A DNA stretch of 64,000 bases from Eledone cirrhosa (Eukaryota), in NCBI GenBank assembly GCA_964016885.1, contig OZ024742.1, forward strand, positions 190,898,001 through 190,962,000, given 5' to 3'. Below, one piece after another: positions 33,105 through 46,470 of this stretch; position 1 is the first letter of the stretch, and each line of letters starts with the position of its first letter. Below the pieces are notes generated by a model. That model saw nothing but the letters and a program-made list of their open reading frames with translations. It did no database searches and had not been told where the DNA came from. The position numbers and the translations under genes were made by a program.

Positions 33105-33705
33105 TATATCATAAAACATGTCTATAGAATCACCAGATAAAATATATACCATTTCCTCTCCCAATTAGCATAATCAACTATATAAAACATCGAATAGACC
33201 AGGCTATAAGAATAAGGCTTCTATGAAGAAATCCCCAACAACTACCCGAAACTAGCCCTTCGCGTCGGCTGCGACGGAATATTTATTGAATATTTATTGA
33301 ATGTATTCTCGGCGCGATCACTTTGGAAAATTTAATGTCTAGATTAGAGCAAACTCCTGAAGAGTCCGATGCTAGAATTTCCGAATATATTGGAAATCTC
33401 AAAATGCGGACGAAACCATGGTAGAGGTAAATAAATGTATTCTCTTTTCTCCTAGTTTATTTTACACCTAATTCTGTTTAATTAACTGTATATCTGGGCG
33501 ATTACGCTGTCGAAATATTCAATAAATATTCCGTCGCAGCCGACGCGAAGGGCTAGTTTCGGGTATTTGTTGGGGATTTCTTCATAGAAGCCTTATTCTT
33601 ATAGCCTGGTCTATTCGATTTTTTATATAGTTGATTATGCTAATTGGGAGTGGAAATGGTATATATTTTATCTGGTGATTCTATAGACATGTTTTATGAT
33701 ATATA
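33105..33705 (+). mobile_element. Hairpin element (family E) with the HHR in its loop
   Basis: ~190-bp arms 33105-33295 / 33514-33705. Confidence 0.8.
33354..33426 (+). ncRNA. Type I HHR with extended stem II
   Basis: CTC-CTGAAGA-GTCCG..ATTTCC.AATAT.TTGGAAAT..CGGAC-GAAA-CCATGG-TA|GAG. Confidence 0.8.
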
Positions 33706-33794
33706 GTTCTGATTATTTAATTTATTAACTTTTCATTGAGCCACAATGTGACCCGTTGCAAAACACGTATATGTATATATATATATATGTAAAC

Positions 33795-33931
<137 letters not shown>

Positions 33932-34711
33932 GAAAGATTTGAATGGATACAGTTTAGTTGAAAGGAATTTATTGACACGTGTTTCTATAACAGTTACATA
34001 ACCTAAAACAGCTATCTACAAACTTTTAGTTATGCAGACATTCAATATTTCAATGTTATTATTTACTGTCATTTCATCATATATATATATATATATATAT
34101 TGTTGGGCGTTTTAAAGTCTCGCTATTGCTGTAGCCAAGACTACTGAAGCAAACGTCGTTCATATATTATGTGAACTATTAATGTTTCACTTCAATAACT
34201 ATTCAGATGCTAACAGTCCTTACATTGTTACTAATTGTAGGTCTTCCGAAGGCCTTAATCTCGAGTCAATGCACCATCAATGAAGGCTTCACCATTACGC
34301 CGTGTGTTCTGTCACATGTAAATACGTAGACGTAGCAGAGCAGATAATTTCTTACCAAACTGGAATTTGTGGGAAGGTGGTGGACTATGTGTCATCTAAT
34401 TCTTCAATCGAGAATCAAACCTATATCCAAGGATCAATTGCCAGGGGCTTACAATAGATAATCATTACTCAACCGCACGATGAATGAGCGAACGTAAATC
34501 CTTATTCTCTTAACAATTCCGTTACATTATTTCCAAAGATATCTCTAAATATCTTAATCATAATAACGCTGATATTTAGAGCAAAGCTTAATTGGTCCAT
34601 TACGATATTTCTAGTGAGAGAGACTGCCTATGAGTTATAATTAAATTTGAAAATATTTAAGATTACGGAAGGATTTGGTTACTTCGTAATTATTCTGTTG
34701 GGGTTTAGCGC

Positions 34712-35545
34712 GTTGGATTTGCAGAATCGGTAGTGCGTCGCAAAGCATACTCTGTGGTGTAGAGTTATTTTCTGAATTCAAATTTCTCCGACGTTAACTA
34801 AGCCATTTGTCCTTTATGGTATCGATGAAATAAAGTTCCTGTATCGCACTGGAGTCTATTTACTCGGCTTCCCTTCCCTCAAGTTGTTGAGATTGTGCCT
34901 AAATCAGAAATCTTTAAATAATTGTTTCTACATTAGGCACAAGGCCATCAATCACCCAGTGCATTACTGGTACTTTATTTTATCGAACCCGTAAGGATGA
35001 AAGGCAAAGTCAACCTCGGCTGGATTTGAACTCAGATCGTAAAGGGACGTAACTATGCTGGAAAGCATGGCGTCCGACCCTCTACCTATACTGCCAATCC
35101 ACCACCCAAGAAATCTGTAAATAATGGTTTCTGATTTAGGCACAAGGCCATACACTTTTGTGGAAGGGGATGTAGATTAAATCGACCCCCAGTGCGGGAC
35201 TGGTACATTATTTCATTGACCACAACGGGATTTGAACTCAGAACTTAATAGGCCATAACTCTATGCCAGGAAGTACGATGTCCGGTGCTCTACCGATACT
35301 GTCAATAACTGCACTTATATCAATAAATAATTGTTTTTAAATTAGGCACAAGGCCAACAATTTGAGGCGAAGGGGAAGTCGATTTAATCAACCCCATTGC
35401 GTGACTGGTACTTTATTTTATCGACCCAGTAAGGATGAAAGGTAAAGTTAACCTCGGCGGGATTTGAACTCAGAACGTAAAGGGCCATAACTCTATGCTA
35501 CTAAGCATGTTGTCCGACCCTCTACCTATACTGCCAATCCACTGT
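34712..35545. mobile_element. Cluster of four Deu/Nin SINEs (one plus, three minus)
   Basis: Core and tail motifs; duplications AGAAATCT(T/G)TAAATAAT and TATCAATAA(A/C)TAAT. Confidence 0.8.
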
Positions 35546-35883
35546 CCCCTTCTATCAATAACTAATGCTAAAAATTATGTATGCACTAAGCATCACATTT
35601 TTAATTAATAAAAGAAGGGAAACACTCAAAAAGAAAATAACCAAACCGGAACCGGAAATGTAAAACAGAAGATGATATCACCAAAGAAAATTATGATACT
35701 CTATTACTCTATTACGTGTACCAGTTGAGAGGCTAAGGCCATGCTACGTCACCACCATTGATTAAAACAATATACAAGCAAAAATATTTCAAAATAATAA
35801 AATAACATGTGTGTGGTGGTAGTGTTATTTAAATGGCTAAAATAATGTGTGTATGTATGCATGATGTATGTATGTAAGTATGT

Positions 35884-38235
35884 TCTTCTGGTTTTATAAT
35901 TTCACAATGTTTTTCCCAATAGAGAGAGAGTCGGTTTCTAACATAGACACAAGACTCTCTCATTGGAATTTACACAACATCAACTAGGTAGATATGTATG
36001 TATGCATGTGTAGATATGGATGTTATTGTATGTGTGGATGTGTATGGTTTGAGTTGTATGTGTGCATGTTTATATGTTTTGTATCTGTACATGAGTATAT
36101 GCAGTTATTAGATGCAAAATTGTTGGAATGTTTTACATATTTTTACTGTTCCATTAATGGATTGTACTTGTAATTTCCTAACTAGTTGTGTTCTTTCTGT
36201 TCCTGTGAAGCCTAGCTTCTCAAAATTTGTATTCATGCAGTTACTAAAATATGCCAGTGCCCCAATAATCACAAGCATAAATATGAAGGTGTAATAAGGG
36301 TGGAGTATCTGCAGATTTCTCATCAGTTCTGCATAAATATTCTCCTTTTCGCTAATCTTTGATATTATATTGGCATCTGCTGGGCATCTAATTTCCACTA
36401 CTGTGCATGCTTTCGTCTCCCTGTCCCATATGCTAATATCTGGTCTGTTATGCCTGCATTTTATTGGGGTTTTTACTGGAACATTCCACCAATACTCTTT
36501 CATATTATGTACATGGATGTCTTCCACATTGCTGTAGCATTTAATGTGTTTATTATCGGGGATATCTCTTTTACGAACTGCATTGTACAGAGTTTTGGTC
36601 ACTACATCATGCTTCATAGGTAGATAGTACCGCGATGACATCTTTGGACAGCTGCTGATGACATTGGTGATATCTTCGATGTTAGTTCTGCAGAGTCTGT
36701 ACTTGTTATCACATCTAGGTGTTTTGCCTGCATCCCTATCTCTTTTGTGAATCAGGTATTTCGTGTTAATCTCCTGTTCTTGGATTGCAAAAGCATATCC
36801 TTCCAAGTGGGAGCCAATATAGCGGTTGTTGGTCCAAGTTAGACTACTTTCCTTATCTATATTACTCTCACTCTGGAGCTTCCTGGCAACATATTCATGC
36901 ATGATTTTTTGCTGATAAGCATGCAGTTTTATATCCAGGCATTCACTGCGATACTGCTGAGCGACTTCCCTGGGTGTGAGTTTTTCATTATCACACAGGG
37001 AATATCTCTCGATGAGTTCCTTCCCAACTCTCATGATCTTATCTGTTTCATGCAGATAGACTTGCTCGTGAGACGGGCTCCTACGCTTCGAGGTTCGTGG
37101 ATGTTGTCGGAGAGATATGATGCGACATTCAAATGCTGTCTGGACTGATGTTAGGCCTCTGCCTCCCTGCTTACGTTTCAAGTAAAGGCGGTCTATGTCA
37201 CTGTTGATGTGGAAGTTTCTGGTGTTGTTTAGTATTTTTGGAGTTCCAACATCAACTGCTCGGATTTCGTCTATCGTCCAATTTAGTATTCCGAACATCG
37301 GTGTTAGGACAGCCACTATTTTGTTTTGCGCAGAGAGTTCTGATGACCAAATCTTTTTTAATCGGGTGTAGTATTCCCTGGTTACGCGTTCCTTATTACA
37401 GATACCATTATAGGATATTTTCTCATGTATCCCCAGGTATCTGTAGTAGTCCTCATCAGATATTGGTGAAACAGTTAGGCCATTGATGACAATGTTGCTA
37501 GATTGGGTTGTTGTTTTTCCCCGCTTTACAGTCATGTATGAGCATTTATCTTGGCCAAACTCCATTCCTATATCCTTTGAGAATGTTGTAACCAGGTTAA
37601 GATTTTTCTTCATCCCATCTATGTTCTTGGCATAGAGTTTCAGATCATTCACAAAGAAATTATGGGTTAGTTTCGTATTTCTGTCCTCCTGTGAGCCAAT
37701 GATGTATCCTTCACATTTCTTGATCAGAAAGGACAAGGGGTTTAATGACAGGCTAAATAATATCACAGAGAGACTGTCTCCTTGAAATATACCCCTGCGA
37801 TATTCTATTTCATCAGTGAAAATAGAGTCCTCCTTCTCTGTCTTTAACTTTAGGATAATAGCCCAAGAAGAAGACAGCTTCTCTACGGCTCTGATAATAA
37901 TGTCTGGGACATTCTGGTATAAGTGTATCTCCCTTAAGAACTTGTTGGTAGAGGTCAGTAAGATACCTCCGATAGAATATCACTTTTTTGTATCAGTAGC
38001 CGACAATCATGTCTCTTCTAGGTGTTTTCTTATCTTGGAGTTTTCCTATCACAGTCTCAAGGGTACCCTCACCTATTTCGTATGTTTTTGTTGTAGTGTA
38101 GGAGCAGTAGTTCTTTCGGATGTCTCTTAGCCACACTGCAACTTGGTTGAAATTCTTCTTTTCACCCCAAATTTTGCTCCAAAAGGAATCTATGTCTTTC
38201 TGGGATACTCAGTGACACTTATTATTTTGTTGTTC
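35884..38235 (-). mobile_element. 5'-truncated R4/Dong-type non-LTR retrotransposon
   Basis: RT, Zn-knuckle and restriction-like endonuclease in that order; 3' UTR 36107-35884; (TATG)n flanks. Confidence 0.85.
36108..37810 (-). pseudogene. RT + degenerate CCHC + restriction-like endonuclease
   Basis: RGIFQGDSLS, HNFFVNDLKLY (altered YxDD), YRYLGI, RLYLKRKQGGRGL, RLC..EDIT.VISSC, HD.V and HNRPDI.IWD...C.VVEI.CP. Confidence 0.85.
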
Positions 38236-38328
38236 TATGAATGTATGTATGTATGTATGTATGTATGTATGTATGTATGTATGTATTTATGTTTGTACGT
38301 ATGTACGTAAGTATGTATGCATTTATAT

Positions 38329-38815
38329 AGGGTCACTCTTGAGTGCTACTGGTAACATGTAATCCAGTACAACCTGTCGCATGGTCGGATCGTCGGTGAC
38401 TAAATCGGCAATCCCACCAAGCTTACTTGGTGAGGAGGGGGATTTTTATCCCTGCAGGATAAAAAACAAAAGCTGAGAAAGGGCGAAACAACTCATGAGT
38501 CAATGGCCATCCAAAAATGTGTAAATAAGTATATGCGCGGGGACATAGAAATAATCGGGCTGTATAGCCGATCACGCGGTTAAATAACTGGGAGTGAAGG
38601 ACCGGTAGCCTTTGTCAGGGCATACTTCTATGAGAAGGCAACTCAGGAAACTGGGATAACTCCGACATAAAGCCTGCGGCTCAGTAGTTACCGATGATGT
38701 TGATCCTTTCTTCTTTTAGGGTTATAGCTACTGTCGCTCAGAGAGTGGGATTGGCTCAGTGCACAGTCTTTCCTCACTTTAAAAAAATCTTCACGCACAG
38801 GCATTGCACGATAAA
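38329..38815 (+). mobile_element. Older relative of the ~600-bp structured retroposon
   Basis: Colinear similarity with about 39051-39450. Confidence 0.7.
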
Positions 38816-38821
38816 CTTAAT

Positions 38822-38951
38822 TAATAATTCTGCTTTTATAATTTTATACATTTTTCCCAAGCAAGGAAACGTTGAGGTAAAATGTTGAAAGAGCGGGCTT
38901 CTAATATAGACACAAGACACTTTCATTAGAATTTAGACATCAACTAGAGAG

Positions 38952-38953
<2 letters not shown>
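38822..38953 (-). mobile_element. Second R4/Dong-type 3' UTR fragment
   Basis: Similar to 35884-35995 (TTCTAA.ATAGACACAAGAC, CATCAACTAG). Confidence 0.65.
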
Positions 38954-38982
<29 letters not shown>

Positions 38983-39050
38983 TGTATGTATGTATGTATG
39001 TATGTATGTATGTATGTATGTATGTATGTATGTATGTATGTATGTATGTT

Positions 39051-40330
39051 TGTCAGGTCACCAGTTGGTGCTACTGGTAACATGTATCCCAGTACAACCT
39101 GTCTCATAGTCGGGTCGTTGGCGACTAAACTGGCAACCCCACCAAGGTTTCTTGGTGAGGAGGGTGACTTTGGACATCCTGCAGGACTAAAAACAGAACC
39201 TGACAAAGGGCAAAGATCTCTTAAGAGTCAAGGGCCATCCAAAATCACCGGGAGAGATGACCCCTTAGCCTTTGTTAAGGCAGAATTCTAGGAGAAGGAA
39301 AACTCTGATATAACACATGCAACCCTGATGGTATACAATGATGTTGACTTGTTCTACTTTTTGGTAAATATCATCTTTGTTAAGAGAGTGGGACTGGTTT
39401 TGTGCAGTGCCTTTGCTCACCATAAAAGCTTCACGGCACAGGCATTGCTTTATGTCTGGAGATCACTCTGCACTTGTCGTCACATGGTAGCATGGGCCCA
39501 GCACTATGTGTCAATAATTGTCACAAGTGTAGTGTTTGTACCAAAGTTTTCAAGTCGCTGGCTGGACTAAAATGTCACACTCGTTCAGCGCATCGGTAGG
39601 GTTTCTCCTACATGGATATAAAGTAGTGGCTGTACTCGAAAACGAGTTGGCAGCCACCATGTATGTATGTATGTATGTATGTATGTATGTATGTATGTAT
39701 GTATGTATGTATGTATGTATGTATGTATTATGTCAGGTCACCAGTTGGTGCTACTGGTAACATGTATCCCAGTACAACCTGTCTCATGGTCGGGTCGTTG
39801 GCGACTAAACTGGCAACCCCACCAAGGTTTCTTGGTGAGGAGGGTGACTTTGGACATCCTGCAGGACTAAAAACAAAACCTGTCAAAGGGCAAAGGAGCT
39901 CTTAAGAGTCAATGGCCATCCAAAATCACCGGGAGAGATGACCCCTTAGCCTTTGTCAAGGCAGAATTCTAGGAGAAGGACAATTCTGATATAACACCTG
40001 CAACCCTGATGGTATCCAATGATGTTGACTTGTTCTTCTTTTTGGTAAATATCATCTTGGTTAAAGAGTGGGACTGGCTCTGTGCAGTGCCTTTGCTCAC
40101 TATAATAAGCTTCACAGCACAGGCATTGCTTTATATCTGGAGATCTCTCTGCACTTGTCGTCACATGGCCCAGCACTATGTGTCAATAATTGTCACAAGT
40201 GTAGTGTTTGTACCAGAGTTTTCAAGTCGCTGGCTGGACTAAAAAGCCACACTCATTCAGCGCATCGGTAGGGGTTCTCCTACATGGATATAAAGTAGTG
40301 GCCGTACTCGAAAACGAGTTGGCAGCCACC
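39051..40330 (+). mobile_element. Two tandem ~600-bp non-coding retroposons with (ATGT)n tails
   Basis: Copies 39051-39658 and 39731-40330; 3' stem-loop GTGGC..CTCG-AAAA-CGAG..GCCAC; a third 3' fragment at about 40506-40540. Confidence 0.8.
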
Positions 40331-40451
40331 ATGTATGTATGTATGTATGTATGTATGTATGTATGTATGTATGTACATATATGTAGATGTATATGTGCAT
40401 GTATATATATATATATTTTATTTCTTTTTATTTATTTACTATTATCATTAA

Positions 40452-40490
<39 letters not shown>

Positions 40491-40978
40491 ATTCTTTTTC
40501 GTGCAATGGCCATACTCGATAACGAGGGGGCAGCCATCATGTATGTATGTATGTATGTATGTATGTATATATGTATGTATGTATATATGTATGTATGTAT
40601 GTATAATGTATGTAAGTATAATGTATGTATGTGTGTATGTATGTATGTACTTAAGTATTTCAGTGTATATGTAAGTATACATGATGTATCGATGTATATA
40701 TGATGTATCGATGTATATATGTCTATTTACTTTGGGTGATGTCCAGAAAAAAAAATCTTGCCAGTTGGTACGTTTAGAAACATTGGTATTTGAACGATGA
40801 TATATGTAAATATGAATACTAACCAAGGTATTATTTCTAAATGAAGGATAGGCTGTCTCTTTGAATTGCTGGTGCGTACCAACGTTGGTTGGGGAGCTTA
40901 TTATATATATATATAAACACTCAGACACAGACACACGTACATATCGACAGATATAGGTAGAGGTGTTCAAGTATGAGT

Positions 40979-41027
<49 letters not shown>

Positions 41028-41029
41028 AT

Positions 41030-42078
41030 TATGTATACGTACATACATATATGTATACAGACGCACAGTAGTATGTATATATATACATACATGCACACAT
41101 ATATACATGTACGTATGGGATTACCGAACATTTATTATAATATTCGGTTTTTTTGTAAACAAACAGCCAGAATTAAGCCGTACAGTGTTCGGCAACCATC
41201 GTTGCCCTTTTGTTCAACACTGACAAAGGAACGATGAACTAGTTTCAAGCTTATTAGCTATCGTCAGCATCGTATACCTTCCTGTCAGATGATTGAACGT
41301 TTGAAAGTATATACTTTCCTTATGCATATTAACGGCTGGGCAGCCTAATTTGCATATCGAGTGAGTTAATCGGTGAATTAAACATATATGTCAGTGTTGA
41401 ACAAAAGGGCAACGATGGTTGCTAAACACTGTACGGCTTAATTCGGGCTGTTTGTTTACAAACAAACCGAATATTATAATAAATGTTCGGTAATCCCATA
41501 CGTACATATATATATATATGTGTGCATGTATGTATATATATACATACTACTATGCGTCTGTATACATATATCTATGTACTTATACACACTTATATTTAAG
41601 TATCAGCCGTACTAAGAGTGAGAAATGGAATTTCGTTTCATTCTTTTCCATTTATTGTTTTCGGTACGCCCGGCCGACTAACTCACACGATATGCAAATT
41701 AGGCTGCGCAGCCGTTAATATGCATAAGAAAAGTATATACTTTCAATCGTTCAATCATCTGACAAGAAGGTATACTATGCTGACGATAGCATATAAGCTT
41801 GAAACTAGTTAATCGTTCCTTTGTCAGTGTTGAATAAAAGGGCAACGATGGTTGCCGAAAACTGTACGGATTAATTCGGGCTGTTTGTTTACAAATAAAC
41901 CGAACATTATAATAAATGTTCGGTAAACCCATATGTACATATATATATATGTGAATGTATGTATATATATACATACTACTGTACGTCTGTATACATATAT
42001 GTATGTACGTATAAATACTTATATTTAAGTATCAGCCGTAATAAGAGTGAGAAATGAAATTTCGTTTCATTCTTTTCC

Positions 42079-42080
<2 letters not shown>
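41030..42080 (+). mobile_element. Family B: inverted arm plus head-to-tail tandem (period 429 bp)
   Basis: Minus arm 41030-41372; plus units 41388-41650 and 41651-42080; HHRs at 41232-41272 (minus) and 41775-41815 (plus). Confidence 0.82.
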
Positions 42081-42151
<71 letters not shown>

Positions 42152-42442
42152 CACATATAAATATATGTGTGTATGTGAATCGAATGACTGTATGCATGTT
42201 CATATATTATATGTTATATTGTGTGAACATGTTATCAACTGACTAGTGCCAGGTATGTATATCTGATCTTTCACACCAGCTGAAACTTTCACTTCCCTAT
42301 TGGCTTCCAGCCTCGATGTACCGTGGCAGAAGACCAATATGTTAATTAGAAAAATAAAAGACGAATAAAAAAACAATTAGAATAAAACATACAAAAAATG
42401 AAATGAATATAACCACAAACAGAATCAGGTACACATATGTAC

Positions 42443-42485
<43 letters not shown>

Positions 42486-42486
42486 A

Positions 42487-42815
42487 ACGGAAAAAATGAA
42501 ACGAATTTTCATTTCTCACTCTTAGTACGACTGTTACTTAAATATAAGTATGTATACGTACATACATATATGTATACAGACGTACAGTAGTATGTATATA
42601 TATATATATATACATACATGCACACATACATATATGTACGTATGGATTCACCGAACATTTATTATAATGCTCGGTGTGTTTTGTAAACACACATCCAGAA
42701 TTAAGCCGTACAGTGTCTAGCAACCATCGTTGTTCATTTGTTCAACACTGCCAAAGGGACGATGTACTAGTTTCAAGCTGATTAGCTATCGTCAGCAACG
42801 TATACCTTCCTGCCA
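42487..42815 (-). mobile_element. Family B copy with HHR at 42760-42800
   Basis: CGTTG-CTGACGA-TAGCTAATCAGCTT-GAAA-CTAG-TA|CATCG, followed by the family tail. Confidence 0.8.
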
Positions 42816-43099
42816 TATATATGTAAAAGTCGTATTTAATTTGTTGGAATTCCGACAAACACAAATGTTTATAACTGATTTAGAGCACTGAACAGTTTAC
42901 TGGAGTAAATATTCCATGATATTAAATAAATGGAATCTATATTTATAGAACCATATTTATTTTATTATATATATTTCAAGGGTAACCATGCCAACCTTGG
43001 TGCGCTTTCATCAGATAAAATACAAAGTTTTTTTTATAAATAAAGACGTACCAATGAAATCATACCTTATCGGTCGGAAATTCACTGGATAGTGGAAAC

Positions 43100-43166
<67 letters not shown>

Positions 43167-43206
43167 CGTGTGTGTATCTATATTATATATCTATCCATCT
43201 ATCTTA

Positions 43207-43318
<112 letters not shown>

Positions 43319-43330
43319 ATATATATGTAT

Positions 43331-43405
<75 letters not shown>

Positions 43406-43438
43406 TATATATATGTATATGTATATAAATATGTATGC

Positions 43439-43470
<32 letters not shown>

Positions 43471-43471
<1 letters not shown>

Positions 43472-43663
43472 GGTAAGTTATTCCGGGTTGAATGAAGAGG
43501 TAACCACAGTAAGTAAGGTACTCAATACATAGCAGAGTATAACAGTTTTAATATAGATGAGATTCTACAGGACTAGAACTGTTTCATTCTTTAGAAATCA
43601 TCCTGATGATTTCTAAAGAATGAAACAGTTCTAGTCCTGTAGAATCTCATCTATATTAAAACT
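43471..43663 (-). mobile_element. Family F short hairpin element with an HHR-like motif
   Basis: ~56-bp palindrome centred near 43602; CTGATGA-TTTC-TAAA-GAAT-GAAA-CAGTTCTAG-TC; relative at 56125-56245 (plus). Confidence 0.65.
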
Positions 43664-43671
43664 ATATATAG

Positions 43672-44391
43672 TTCCTATCTTTCCATTGCAATACAATCTT
43701 GGTTTGTTTACATGTCTCGCTCGCTTCACCCTGTTCTACTTGTACCAATAACTTTATTTAATTATTGCTCGCACCAACCAGAGGTATATGATTTTTAAAG
43801 CGATGAAATACTAATGAATGTTGGAAGATCACTGATGAAGGACTAATTTTATTCATATGTATCCCATGTGCAACCACGCAGCACTCCATTTTTAGTATAT
43901 TTATATTTTTTGCTCAGCTGCGACCTGCCTGTTTCTTTCTTACTGCTTCCCCTCTCTTTGTATTCTCACCTTCTTTTTACCCCCTCTGCCAGCTGGCCTC
44001 TTCCTCACACTTCCACTCTCTCACTCTCTGCTTCACGCTCTCTCCCACTTCCTCCCCTTTGACCTGTGTGAAATCCTTTTCTCTCTCACATCTCACCCAG
44101 GTTGGAAGGTCTGTATCTCTCGTCCATGATTTCACCAAGCTTAAGCTTATAGATATCATGTACTTGTTTCTTCCTATCTTTCCGTTGCAATAGCATCTTT
44201 GTTTGTTTACATGTCTCGCTCGCTTCACCCTATTTTACTTGTCCCAATAACTTTTCTTAGTTATTGCTCGCACCAAACAGAGGTATATGAGTTTTATAGC
44301 GATGAAATACCTTTGAAGGTTGGAAGATCACTGCTGAAGGACTAATTTTATTCATATGTAACCCATGTGCAATCACGAAGCACTCCATTTT
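43672..44391 (+). mobile_element. Family G partial tandem, period 499 bp
   Basis: 43672-43892 is repeated at 44171-44391; homologous to 55461-56097. Confidence 0.7.
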
Positions 44392-44557
44392 ATATACATA
44401 TACATGTAATCATATAAACATATGTTCATATACGTAAATAAATAATATCATACATATACTTTTAAACACACACATACACAGGCACGCACTCACTCACCCA
44501 CCCCCACACACATATATATATAAATACATATGTGCAAATAGATATAGATATATACAT

Positions 44558-44612
<55 letters not shown>

Positions 44613-44984
44613 TTTTTTTATTTTTTTAGTTAACTCTATTGACTGATTAATCGCTTAAGTTTATCTTAAAAACAACTCGGTCGAGAGCTAAATTCGTTTT
44701 GTGCTGTTTTTGCAAACTTTTGCAATAACTACACATGCTGAATTCACTGGCCAAAATAGGGGTTTCCTCCTCTTAGAACCTCACATGTGCTTTCATAACC
44801 TGTTAGATTCTGGCGCACGAGAGCAAAATGCCTGTTGAGAAAGCAATGCCTTGTTCGATCACTTAACCAAAAGCTGATTTTTTATAAGCAGACAGTATTA
44901 TTGATTCAGGTGTTGCAGAAACCCAAATATTGGAGTATTCCATCTTCCCCGAGGGTCAGGGTAACTATTTCAATCACATATTAT

Positions 44985-45191
44985 TTTGTTTGACCCGTTT
45001 AGCTTGTTCGCCTTTTTGGCTATGGTGGTTAATGGCTTCTTAACCATCGTCACAGTTTGTATGACCATTTTAACTTATTTTTATACCTCTGGTATCTTCT
45101 TCATATCCATAGAGCGCTTGTCTGCACAATATGGAAGTTGCGTTTCGCAAATTTCTACCCGCCGAAATGCGATTTTCGGTAAATTTATATT

Positions 45192-45234
<43 letters not shown>

Positions 45235-45898
45235 GTAGAACATGGGAAGGTAATATCCGTAATGGTAGAGCACTCAGTCCATGGGACGAGTATGGTAGAA
45301 GTAGTAACACAATAGTTAGTTTACCATACCGAGAACAATTGTTTCACCTTACCCCTCCATTCTCTCTCTCTCTCCCCCACCACCCCTATACTCCTCACAC
45401 CCTTTCATCCCTTGTTTATTTTTATTTTTATTTGTACTTTAAAAAAATTTCCTTTACTTTCTAAAAAAATGTTTTCCCTCCCTTTTCTCGGCCACCCTTT
45501 TTTAAATGTCTTTCCACCACTCGCCCACACACCCTTCGAACTCTCTTCCTACCCACTGTTCTCCTGGTGAAGGGCTTATGCCTGAAACGCCCCTCCCCCT
45601 ATTCTCAAGCGTGAAACTCAAAACAATATCATTTATACGGCGTCTCTGTTTTTTGTTCTCTTTTCATTTATTAAACTATATATTTAATCATTTATTTTGT
45701 TTGACCTGTTTAGCTTGATTTGTTTATTAGCTTAGGTGGTTAATGCCTTCTTGACCACTTTTTCAGTTTGTATGGCGTTTTAACATATTGTTTAGCTCTA
45801 GTTTTCTTAACTATTGGAGCGCTTGACAGCATTTCTACGATATTGCGTTTCGTTTCGCTTTTTCTACCAGCCGAAATACGATTCTCGCTGAATTTATA
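44985..45898 (+). mobile_element. Family H pLTR-like repeats with a degenerate HHR at about 45564-45590
   Basis: 44985-45190 resembles 45695-45898 and the reverse of 62643-62838; CTGGTGA-AGGGC-TTAT-GCCT-GAAACG. Confidence 0.65.
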
Positions 45899-46125
45899 TA
45901 TATATGTATATATATGCAAAAGTTCTTGATGTCTTCCAAAACATCCTTGATGTCTTCGAAAAGTAACGGTTGCATTTTGAAAGGGTACGTCAATATTTAT
46001 TTATAAAACTGGTATATATTGTATTTTGTCCGATGAAAGCATACCATAATTTAACATTGTATCCTTGAAATATGTATAAAAAAATAGATATGGTTTTATA
46101 AATATAGTTTCCATTTGTTAATATC

Positions 46126-46174
<49 letters not shown>

Positions 46175-46249
46175 TACATACATACAACAAACATGCATAC
46201 CAGTATATAATTTACTACTCATATACAAATATACACACGAAGACGTCAT

Positions 46250-46257
46250 GCTACTAT

Positions 46258-46299
<42 letters not shown>

Positions 46300-46303
46300 A
46301 ACG

Positions 46304-46374
<71 letters not shown>

Positions 46375-46384
46375 CACCACCACC

Positions 46385-46470
<86 letters not shown>

